DNA of 64,000 nucleotides from assembly GCA_025060505.1 (NCBI GenBank), contig JANXBU010000003.1, positions 138,001 to 202,000 of the forward strand, given 5' to 3'. The notes beneath the pieces are model-generated. The model was not told the DNA's origin. It saw nothing but the letters and a program-made list of their open reading frames with translations, and did not search any database. The position numbers and the translations under genes were made by a program. The stretch comes from Candidatus Calescibacterium sp. Its GTDB lineage: Bacteria; Calescibacteriota; Calescibacteriia; Calescibacteriales; Calescibacteriaceae. Below, piece by piece: positions 48,238 to 56,521 of this stretch. How positions within the stretch are numbered: the stretch's first letter is position 1; the number at the start of each line of letters is the position of its first letter.

Positions 48238-48337
48238 AAACTAAAATGTGTAAAACTCATGTAACATTGTGTAAAAAAGCTGAAAAAATGGAAAATTAAA
48301 TATTTAAATCAAAGTTTGTTTTTGGAGGTATTTGAAT

Positions 48338-49291
48338 ATGGGAAAACTTCTTGAAGGAAAAGTAGCGGTTGTTACTGGTGCAGGAAGAGGTATAGGAAGA
48401 GAGGAGGCTCTTTTGCTTGCAAAATATGGTGCAAAAGTTGTTGTAAATGATCCGGGTGTTTCATATACTGGGGAGGGTCAGGAGTCAAGAGTTGCTGATG
48501 AGGTTGTTGCGGAGATAAAAAAGATGGGTGGAGAAGCTGTTCCGAACTATGATTTTGTTGATAGTTTTGAAGGAGCAAAAAGAATAATCTACACTGCAAT
48601 AGAGAAGTTCGGAAAAATAGATATACTTGTCAACAACGCCGGAATTCTTAGAGATAAGATGATATTTAACATGTTGGAGGAGGACTGGGATAAAATAATG
48701 GCTGTGCACTTGAAAGGAACTTTCAATTGTTCTCACCACGCTTGTGTTTGGTGGAGACAGCAGGCAAAAGAAGGGAAACCAGTTTCGGGAAGGATTATAA
48801 ACACAACATCAGATGCTGGTCTTCTTGGAAACATAGGGCAATCTAACTACGGTTCAGCAAAGGCTGCAATAGCGGCTTTCACTATAATTCTCGCAGAGGA
48901 AATGGCAAAATATAATGTCACTGTCAATGCAATAGCTCCAATTGCGAGAACAAGACTCACAACAGATGCAACACCTCAGCTTGCCGCTATATTCCAGATG
49001 GTTGAAAATGCTCCTTTTGATGCGCTGAATCCAAAATCTATCGCTCCACTTGTAGTTTATCTGGCATCTGATAAATCTGCCGGTGTAACTGGTCAGGTAT
49101 TCAGAATAGCTGGAAATATAATTTGGCTGATGGGGGGTTGGAGATCTGTTGCTATGAAAAAGAAGAGCAAAAAAGAATACTGGATGCCAGAAGAGCTTGA
49201 TGATGTTGTAAGAGATATGCTCAAAAATGCTCCACCAAAAGAAAGTATGACAGAGGTAATGCAAGAAGTTCTAAAAGAAGTTCAAGGTTAA
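48338..49291 (+). CDS. SDR oxidoreductase resembling the 3-hydroxyacyl-CoA dehydrogenase domain of MFE-2-type enzymes
   Basis: TGAGRGIG, NNAGI and YGSAKAA. GGAGG lies 9 nt upstream of ATG 48338. Confidence 0.75.
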   Translation: MGKLLEGKVAVVTGAGRGIGREEALLLAKYGAKVVVNDPGVSYTGEGQESRVADEVVAEIKKMGGEAVPNYDFVDSFEGAKRIIYTAIEKFGKIDILVNNAGILRDKMIFNMLEEDWDKIMAVHLKGTFNCSHHACVWWRQQAKEGKPVSGRIINTTSDAGLLGNIGQSNYGSAKAAIAAFTIILAEEMAKYNVTVNAIAPIARTRLTTDATPQLAAIFQMVENAPFDALNPKSIAPLVVYLASDKSAGVTGQVFRIAGNIIWLMGGWRSVAMKKKSKKEYWMPEELDDVVRDMLKNAPPKESMTEVMQEVLKEVQG

Positions 49292-49500
49292 TGGGTAGAT
49301 TCTGAAAGTATCTACTCTGATTTGGAGATATCTTGATTTAGAGTCTCCATTCTGTACACTGATCCTCCAATCATTTTCAGCTCGTTCAGAATTTATCTTC
49401 TGATTTTACTTTTCTGGAATTGATTTATGGACGAAATCTGAATTTGACCTGTTTGGTATGAAATAATATATTTTTCTCCTATCTATATTTCTATGACATT

Positions 49501-49599
49501 TTATGTAGTTTTATTTGAATATTATTCTTAATTTGAAATATTACTCTTGATTATGTGGTTTTATTTGAACATTATTCTTATTTGAAGTATTACTCTTGA
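49501..49599. repeat. approximately 50-nt tandem duplication (2 copies: 3 substitutions and a 1-nt indel) spanning the stop codon of the zinc-ribbon gene
   Basis: 49501-49550 versus 49551-49599, aligned by eye. Copy 2 contains the stop (49590-49592) and the last 2 codons plus part of a third. Confidence 0.85.
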
Positions 49600-50345
49600 G
49601 CAGTTTCTCGTGGTTGTTCCTCTTCATCTATCTCCACATAGAGTATGGCCCCGCAGTTTGGGCATATCTCATAGGAAGAATTTGTGTAAAGTCTAACTTC
49701 TATTTCTGGTGAAAGAACAAGATAGCAGGAAGTGCAGGTTGATCTTTCAACTTTTGCTATTGGCTTTTTTATTCTTTTGTCTCTCGATACCTCTAAATAG
49801 TGAATGAATATTTCTGGGAAATTCGACTCCAATTCTTTAACTAAAATCTGTATTTTACTTGTTATTTCACTATATTCATTTTCTGAGTTTGTGATTTCAT
49901 TTTGAAGCTCATTTAATTTCTGCTGATAGCTTTCAATTTTTTTCTCAGATTCTTCTTTTAGTTTTTTCAGTTCGTTTTCAATCTCATCTCTTTTAAAAAT
50001 GAGTTCAAGTAGCTGGTCTTCTATTTTACTTTTTTCTTTTTTTGCTTCCGAAATCTCGTCCATAAGAGTTTTCTGTTCTCTGAACTTTGTGGATTCTCTC
50101 AGTTGATTCTCCCACTTTCTTATTTTTTCTTCTTCTTCTTTTATCAATAGCTCAAATTGTTTTATTTCTAAGTCTATTTTTCTTTTTTCTTCGGTTTTCT
50201 GTTTTATTTTTGACTGTATCATTTCTATTTCTTTTGAAATTTCTTTGAGTTTGTTCTTCAAATTCTCTATTTTGTTCTTTGATATTATCTTTTGCTCTTC
50301 GAGTTTTTCAAGTTTTGAAAGAAAGTTTTGCAATGAAGAAGACAA
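49590..50345 (-). CDS. coiled-coil protein with a C-terminal C4 zinc ribbon (COG1579-like)
   Basis: About 190 aa of E/K heptads, then CTSC...CPNCG. TTG start. Confidence 0.7.
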   Translation of the reverse strand: MSSSLQNFLSKLEKLEEQKIISKNKIENLKNKLKEISKEIEMIQSKIKQKTEEKRKIDLEIKQFELLIKEEEEKIRKWENQLRESTKFREQKTLMDEISEAKKEKSKIEDQLLELIFKRDEIENELKKLKEESEKKIESYQQKLNELQNEITNSENEYSEITSKIQILVKELESNFPEIFIHYLEVSRDKRIKKPIAKVERSTCTSCYLVLSPEIEVRLYTNSSYEICPNCGAILYVEIDEEEQPRETAQE

Positions 50346-50355
50346 TTTTAATCGG

Positions 50356-50427
50356 TGGGACCAGAGGGACTCGAACCCCCAACCTGCCGGTTATGAGCCG
50401 GCTGCTCTGCCATTGAGCTATGGTCCC
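50356..50427 (-). tRNA. tRNA with anticodon CAU (elongator Met, or Ile2 if lysidinylated; not an initiator)
   Basis: Acceptor GGGACCA/TGGTCCC (1:72 paired), anticodon arm GCCGG-CTCATAA-CCGGC, T loop TTCGAGT. Confidence 0.9.
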
Positions 50428-50703
50428 TGACCTATCATATACAAGCAGTTTTTTATTTTAAATAACCTATGAAATTAAATCTTATAATTCAGCTTTTTTT
50501 GATTTCTCAGAGATTTCAAAATTGCTGTTATTTCAAAATTGTCAGATAATGTTCAAGTTAAAAATTTTCACTTTGTCACAATGGTGAAACTTGTTCCGTC
50601 AGTTTAAGAATCAATGGTTTTATCCAGAGGTTAATTCAGATTCACAACATAGCGAAGGAGTTTTCTTATTCTGGTACAACGCAACTTCTTGATTTCTTCT
50701 GTT

Positions 50704-51423
50704 TCAATTCTCACGAGTCCCTATGATGAAATCAACAGGCAAGCTGTGGTCTATGAAGAATCCTTCTACATCGTTGCTATCTATTTTTATTTTTTCAAAC
50801 ATTTTTGAGTACTTTCCTTTGAGCCTATTATCTATGACACCTTGGAGTTTTATTCCGTTAGATCTTCCATATATTATTTCAATATCTTTGTTAGTTTCAG
50901 TTGTTATTTTTTCTATTATGAGCAGGGCTTGATTTATATCTTCTACGACAAAATCTGGATCTGAATTTTTCAGTTCATTTCTGCCGTGTCCTGTGAGAAC
51001 CAAGATAGTTTTTGCTCCTATATTTTTTCCAGTTTCAATATCTATTGCTTTATCTCCAATGAACCAGCTCAGCTCTGTATTTATTTTGTATTTTTTCAGA
51101 GCTAACTCTATAAGACCAGTTTTGGGTTTTCGGCAATCGCAGTTATCTGTTTTCGCATGCGGACAAAAGAAGAAATCATCTATTGTATAATTAAGTTTTC
51201 TGTTGAGTTCATCGTTGAATTTTATGACATCTTGTTCTGTACTGTATCCAAGCGAAACTCCGCCTTGATTCGATATTACTATAATGTAAAAACCGAGTCT
51301 TTTTATTCTGTGGAGATTGTATATTAGTCTATTCCATCCGATTATTTCAAGATCTTCTATTTTGTTGTTATATGTTTTATCAAGACAAATGGTTCCATCT
51401 CTATCTAAGAAAATGCATCTCAT
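50704..51423 (-). CDS. HAD-IIIA phosphatase (GmhB/HisB-N family) with a ~65-aa C-terminal extension; candidate histidinol-phosphate phosphatase
   Basis: FLDRDGTI, SNQ, CDCRKPKTGL and GDKAIDIETG. The start ATG overlaps the hisG stop (ATGA). Confidence 0.7.
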   Translation of the reverse strand: MRCIFLDRDGTICLDKTYNNKIEDLEIIGWNRLIYNLHRIKRLGFYIIVISNQGGVSLGYSTEQDVIKFNDELNRKLNYTIDDFFFCPHAKTDNCDCRKPKTGLIELALKKYKINTELSWFIGDKAIDIETGKNIGAKTILVLTGHGRNELKNSDPDFVVEDINQALLIIEKITTETNKDIEIIYGRSNGIKLQGVIDNRLKGKYSKMFEKIKIDSNDVEGFFIDHSLPVDFIIGTREN

Positions 51424-52094
51424 GAGAACAAGTAGGTATTTCTTCCGCAAGTCTTATACATAATTTTCAGAAAATTTTCTATATCCTCATACTTTATTAT
51501 GAAAGATGTTCTGTTTGCTATGAGATAAGCTGAAGATTGCATTAGTATTTTTACTTCTACCAAGTTGTTTTCTTTAAGGGTTTTTCCAGTGGAGACAAGA
51601 TCTACTATGAACTGAGCTAAACCAACCTGAGGTGCAACCTCAACAGAACCCTGCAGATGTATAATCTCAAAATCGTGAAAAAATTTTGACGCATATTCTT
51701 TTGTTAGATTTGGAAACTTTGTAGCTATATATATCTTTTTATTTTTTTGTTCTATGCTCTTTATATCTTCTTCTCTGCAAGCTAGCGATAATCTACATTT
51801 TCCTATTTCAAGGTTCATAAGTTCAAGGATATCCTTTCTAGTCTCTCTTATAACATCAAGCCCAACTATTCCAAGGTCAACAACCCCGCTTTCAACCCAT
51901 GTTGGAACATCATGAGGTTTGATAAGCCAGAATTTGAAATTTTCTGTTTCACAACTAAGTTCCCTTTCATCAAATTTTATATATATACCACCTTTTTGGA
52001 GAAGAGATAATTCCTCATCAAGAATTCTTCCTTTTGATAGAGCTATCTTTAACTTCTTGTCTTTTTTCCCGTATTTCATACGGAATTTCTGCAA
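51420..52094 (-). CDS. hisG: ATP phosphoribosyltransferase (short form)
   Basis: LKIALSKGRI and DLVSTGKTLKEN. The start may be the internal Met at 52079. Confidence 0.88.
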   Translation of the reverse strand: MQKFRMKYGKKDKKLKIALSKGRILDEELSLLQKGGIYIKFDERELSCETENFKFWLIKPHDVPTWVESGVVDLGIVGLDVIRETRKDILELMNLEIGKCRLSLACREEDIKSIEQKNKKIYIATKFPNLTKEYASKFFHDFEIIHLQGSVEVAPQVGLAQFIVDLVSTGKTLKENNLVEVKILMQSSAYLIANRTSFIIKYEDIENFLKIMYKTCGRNTYLFS

Positions 52095-52348
52095 AATTAA
52101 TACCGTATTTCTACAAGATTCTAATTCTTGGTTTTTATAGTGGGGGTAATTTTAATGTTCGTAGAGTTATGAACTTTTAGAAGTTTTTTGCAAGCATTAA
52201 ATTCTCTCTGAGTACCAGGTTCCAAATGCAGGACGAAGTTTTGAGATCCAAACAGGTTACAATTTAAAGAACAAAATATTACAACTTCTAAATTTCACAT
52301 TATTTCATACTTTTTCACAGGATGGTATTAGCTGTTTGCAACAGCATA

Positions 52349-53012
52349 TTACTTTATTTTTCCTTCGGCTATTAATGCGTCATAGGTGTAAATTTCTCTA
52401 TTACTTGCGTTAAACTCATGTTTCACTTGAATCAATAGTTTATCCAAGGTATATATCTGCCATGAAACTGGGACAAAAACCTTCCTATTTTCTCTTTCAG
52501 ATACTTCAAGTTCAAAGCTCATCAGCAGATGAAAAGCATCTTTTGTAATTTTTGAATCACTTGATGGAGAAAAATAGAATGTTCTAAACCTTTGATTCTT
52601 CGACTTGATGTTATATGTTTTGCATTCAAGATAAATGGTTCTTCCAAATTCATCCTGTATTTCTATATCTGGATATCCTGCTAATTTTTCTTCCCGCTTT
52701 TTGACTCTGGTCTTTCAGCATTTAGTCCAACTTCTTTGAGAGCCTCCAAAACAAATGGTTCAATATGATTTCCGGCTTCATTTGGTCTATTCGTAAAAAT
52801 ACCTTTTTCATAAGCTCTTTCTCCTGCGATTTTACATGCTCTGGAAAGTTTTTGTATTAGGGTTTGATTTTGTTCGAGAGATTTATCGAAACTTAAAACC
52901 TTGCAACCTGTAATTGCTTTTATAGCTATTGGGAAAGGTACATCTTTTTAGGTTCTAAAAATTTTCTTATGGTTTCTTCAAGCTGTCTTATGTAATCTTC
53001 TTGATCTTTCAT
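52349..53012 (-). pseudogene. type II restriction endonuclease (PD-ExK) gene with at least two frameshifts
   Basis: Reconstructed MKDQEDYIRQLEETIRKFLEPKK / DVPFPIAIKAITG...NEAGNHIEPFV...AERP / ...LAGYPDIEIQDEFGRTIYLECKTY...IAEGKIK. Frame breaks lie at the A/T5 runs near 52945-52949 and 52698-52702. Confidence 0.7.
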
Positions 53013-54326
53013 GATTTCATCTTTGCATCTTTTTGTGTCTGTATTTTTTGGAAAATCAGTATTTTTTCTTTCTGTATCACATTGTATAAGCCGAAGATAA
53101 TTTTGTCTATGCTTCTTAATAGTTTGAGTCCTATCCTTTCGGCATATTCTGTAATAAATTCGACACTCTTTATTTCTTGTCCCCCGTAAGTTGCATTCCC
53201 AATAACAATAACTGCGTATTTATTTGGTTTGAGAACTCTGTACATCTCTTGTAAGCTTTTTTTCATGTCCTCATTATATAAGTCTATTCTTATTTGGCCT
53301 TTGCCTCTGACACCTATAAATTTTTCCCTGATTTCTGATATGTTATATCCGAGTTCTTTGAGGGCATGAGCATCGTTTGAAACATAATCTAATGCGATTG
53401 AGTAGGCGGAGAAGTAATTATTCCATCAATGCTCTCATCATCCAAAGGTAATGACCGAGAGTCTCCGAGTCTGATGTTGACTTTACCTAATTCCAGATTT
53501 AGTTTCTCTTTAATCTCGGAATAATCAGAGACCGAAGAAATCATCAATTCAAGGTTTTTGAAAAATGATTTGTGAAAATCTTTTCCTCTCCTTGCTTTAT
53601 CACTTATTGCAACCAGCTTTGCCATTTTGTAGAAATTTCTTACCTTCTCGTCGGTTATTGAGTCAATTGTATCATCAATGGCTTTTCCTTCAAACTTAAA
53701 AAGGAATGAGTTTAATCTTTTTAGTAATTTTTCTTTCCATTTTATTATTTCTGGTAGAACATCTATTGATTCTGTCTTTACTTTACTTTGGAGCACGCAT
53801 AGTGGTGAGACATCTATGCCTATACAATTTATTCCTAGGAGCTGAGCTTCGACAGCTGTTGTTCCGCTTCCAATAAATGGATCAAGAACTGTATCACCTT
53901 GTTTAACCTCAATTATGTTCAGGAAAGCTCTGATCATCTAGGGATGGAATTTACCTTTATAAGGATAAATCCAGTGTGTCAGATACTGATTAACTGAGCG
54001 TGTTCTGTTTTTCTGTATAATCTTGAAATAATCGGTTGGCTTGCCATTTACAAACTTGAAATAAGCAAGTCTCTTCTTAAGCAATTCTTTATCTTTTGCT
54101 TCTAATAAATTAAATTCTCTCAAACCATTTTTACTTCAAAATTTGCTCCGAGAGATTGGAGTTCAAGCTGTGCCAATGCTAACTCATAGATAAACTGAAC
54201 ATTATCAAGAAGTATCAGTTGATTCTCATTAGATGGTTCTTGGTTATCGTGTGTCTGAAAAATATATAGGTTTTCTGCTCTTTCAATCATTTTCTCACCT
54301 TTGAAATTTTGTATTGTTTTTGACAT
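53009..54326 (-). pseudogene. DNA (N6/N4) methyltransferase gene of the same R-M operon, broken into four ORF pieces
   Basis: Frameshift near 54128-54132. In-frame TAG at 53938-53940 (KFHP*MIRAF). DPFIGSGTT motif I. SPP-Y motif IV broken by a frameshift near 53401-53406 (the shifted frame gives YSIALDYVSNDAHALKEL...). ATGA overlap with the nuclease start. Confidence 0.8.
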
Positions 54327-54561
54327 TTGTTTTGAATTATCAAGTTTTATTTCTCTTTCTTATTCTATTAAAGATAAATATTATTTGTTTAAATATTCTA
54401 TTTTAAGTCTTTCTACAATATTCTTAATTGTTATGCCTTTGTGGATTGATTTATATACTCTTGTTCTGTTTGTCTCATTACTTGGTATTTCGTCGTAGGG
54501 AATTATTCATTTCTATTGCAAATTATATTTAATAACAATAGAATACTTAAATAAAAAACTT

Positions 54562-55830
54562 ATGTCAGATCTGAAGGCCATAGAGGTTGATTGCAGATTT
54601 CTTGATGCCTTATCTGATGCTGTTGTAATACTTGATGAAAACTTATCTATCTTATATGTTTCTTCAAATGCAGAAAGGATTTTGGGAATCAGTAAGAACG
54701 AGTTGCTCCTGAAAAATTGTAGAGATATATTTGGTAAAAGCTTCTCTCAAAACATAAGATCCGGAGCTATTGTTTCTTACAGAAATGGGAACATAAAAAG
54801 GAGGATAAAAATAAACTATATATCAAAGATTGACAATTTCTTTATAGCTATTTTATCTCCAGGTCCAACATATGAGCAGGAAGACTTATTCCTTGGAATG
54901 GTTGGTGTTAGTAAATCTATGAAGCAGATATTTGAACTGATAAAGGTTGTAGCAAATTCATCTTCGCCAGTTCTTATAACAGGTGAAACTGGTACTGGTA
55001 AAGAGATGGTAGCTGAAGCTATACACAATTTATCTGGAAGAACCGGACAAATTGTCAAGGTTAATTGTTCTGCGTTTCCAGAAACTTTGCTTGAATCTGA
55101 GCTCTTTGGTTATGTTAGGGGAGCTTTCACAGGTGCAGATAGAAACAAGCCGGGAAAATTTGAAATGGCTAACAACGGAACTCTATTCTTAGATGAAATC
55201 GGCGATCTACCGATCAATCTTCAACCGAAAATTCTCAGGGCAGTTGAGAGAGGAGAAATCGAGAAACTAGGAGATAATAAAACTACTTACGTTAATACGA
55301 GAGTTATATGTGCAACAAACAAGAACATAGAAAAGGAAGTACAAGAAGGGAAATTCAGATCAGATCTTTATTTCAGAATTTCTGTTTTCAGAATACATCT
55401 TCCACCGCTTAGAGAAAGAAAAGAAGACATCATCCCATTATCAGAATACATACTTGAAAAGCTATCTCAAAAATATGGTCTTGGACAGAAGTATCTAACA
55501 AAAACGGCTATTGAGCTTATTTTATCTTGGGATTTTCCAGGTAATATCAGAGAGCTTGAAAATCTTCTTGAAAGAGCTTATGTTATGTCAAAAGGAGAAA
55601 CTATAAATGAAGATGTAATTGCCGAACATAAGTTTTTGCTTTCAAAAACATACGAACGGAATACTGGAAACTCAATTTCTGAGAAGGATAGAATACTGGA
55701 AGCTATAAGAAAAACAAATTCAGTTAAGGAAGCAGCGGAGATTCTTGGAATAAGCAGGATAACTCTTTGGAGAAAAATGAAAAAATATGGAATAGATTTT
55801 CGAAGATTAGCAAAAAGTTCTATGTATTAG
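54562..55830 (+). CDS. sigma-54-dependent transcriptional activator (PAS + AAA+ + Fis-type HTH)
   Basis: GETGTGKE, LFLDEI, GAFTGA and ELENLLERA. C-terminal AAEILGISRITLWRKMKKYGI. Confidence 0.9.
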   Translation: MSDLKAIEVDCRFLDALSDAVVILDENLSILYVSSNAERILGISKNELLLKNCRDIFGKSFSQNIRSGAIVSYRNGNIKRRIKINYISKIDNFFIAILSPGPTYEQEDLFLGMVGVSKSMKQIFELIKVVANSSSPVLITGETGTGKEMVAEAIHNLSGRTGQIVKVNCSAFPETLLESELFGYVRGAFTGADRNKPGKFEMANNGTLFLDEIGDLPINLQPKILRAVERGEIEKLGDNKTTYVNTRVICATNKNIEKEVQEGKFRSDLYFRISVFRIHLPPLRERKEDIIPLSEYILEKLSQKYGLGQKYLTKTAIELILSWDFPGNIRELENLLERAYVMSKGETINEDVIAEHKFLLSKTYERNTGNSISEKDRILEAIRKTNSVKEAAEILGISRITLWRKMKKYGIDFRRLAKSSMY

Positions 55831-55898
55831 TAAAGATGCATTTATCTTAATTCCTTGTTTTGATGAAATGTTCCTGAACTACCTTATCAGATTGTGGA

Positions 55899-56450
55899 TT
55901 ACTTATCAAGTTCAAAAGCTTCATGAAGTTCTCTTACGGCAAGTTCGACGAATTTCTCTTTTATAACACAGGATATTTTTATTTCAGAAGTTGAGATCAT
56001 TTCTATGTTTATGTTGGCTTTCGCCAATGTTTCAAACATTTTTCCTGCAACCCCTGGTCTATCTCTCATTCCTATGCCTACTATTGAAACTTTTGCTATT
56101 TTATCATCGTATTTTATGTCTTTGAAACCCATTTTTTGAACTATTGGTTCGAGAATAGATATTGCTTTCTGAAGGTCTTGTCTTTTGACTGTGAATGTTA
56201 TGTCTGTGAGTCCATCCTGTGATATGTTTTGAACTATCATATCAACGCTTATTCCAGAATCTCCAAGCGGCTTGAAAATTGAGCTTGCAATGCCAGGTCT
56301 ATCTGGTACCCCAGTTATTGTTATCTTTGCTTGATTTCTGTCATAAGAAATAGCTGTTACTGGTTTTGGTGTTTCTATTTCTGCTGACTTTACTGACTTT
56401 TCCTCAGTTGTGCCTGAGATTTTCTTCTTATCTCCTTTGACTCGTGACAT
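55899..56450 (-). CDS. stand-alone tandem-ACT protein equivalent to the aspartokinase regulatory (beta) subunit
   Basis: [17 protein letters not shown]...DMIVQNIS...[19 protein letters not shown]...[16 protein letters not shown]...LHEAFEL. No kinase domain upstream. Confidence 0.75.
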   Translation of the reverse strand: MSRVKGDKKKISGTTEEKSVKSAEIETPKPVTAISYDRNQAKITITGVPDRPGIASSIFKPLGDSGISVDMIVQNISQDGLTDITFTVKRQDLQKAISILEPIVQKMGFKDIKYDDKIAKVSIVGIGMRDRPGVAGKMFETLAKANINIEMISTSEIKISCVIKEKFVELAVRELHEAFELDK

Positions 56451-56521
56451 AAGTTTATTTCAATACTATTGAATATGTTTTCAAACTTCAAAATATCAAA
56501 AAGTTTTGAATCTTATTTTGT

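Noticed and set aside
49501-49599. Tandem repeats considered as a CRISPR array (the same question applies to 21158, 22267, 36047 and 60200)
   Set aside because: There are only two or three directly abutting copies with no spacers, the units are only 13-50 nt, and no cas genes are present. These are simple tandem duplications.
52349-54326. Homopolymer frameshifts in the R-M genes considered as phase variation
   Set aside because: The runs are only about 5 nt long. There are at least four independent frameshifts plus a nonsense codon spread over both genes, which fits decay rather than a reversible switch.
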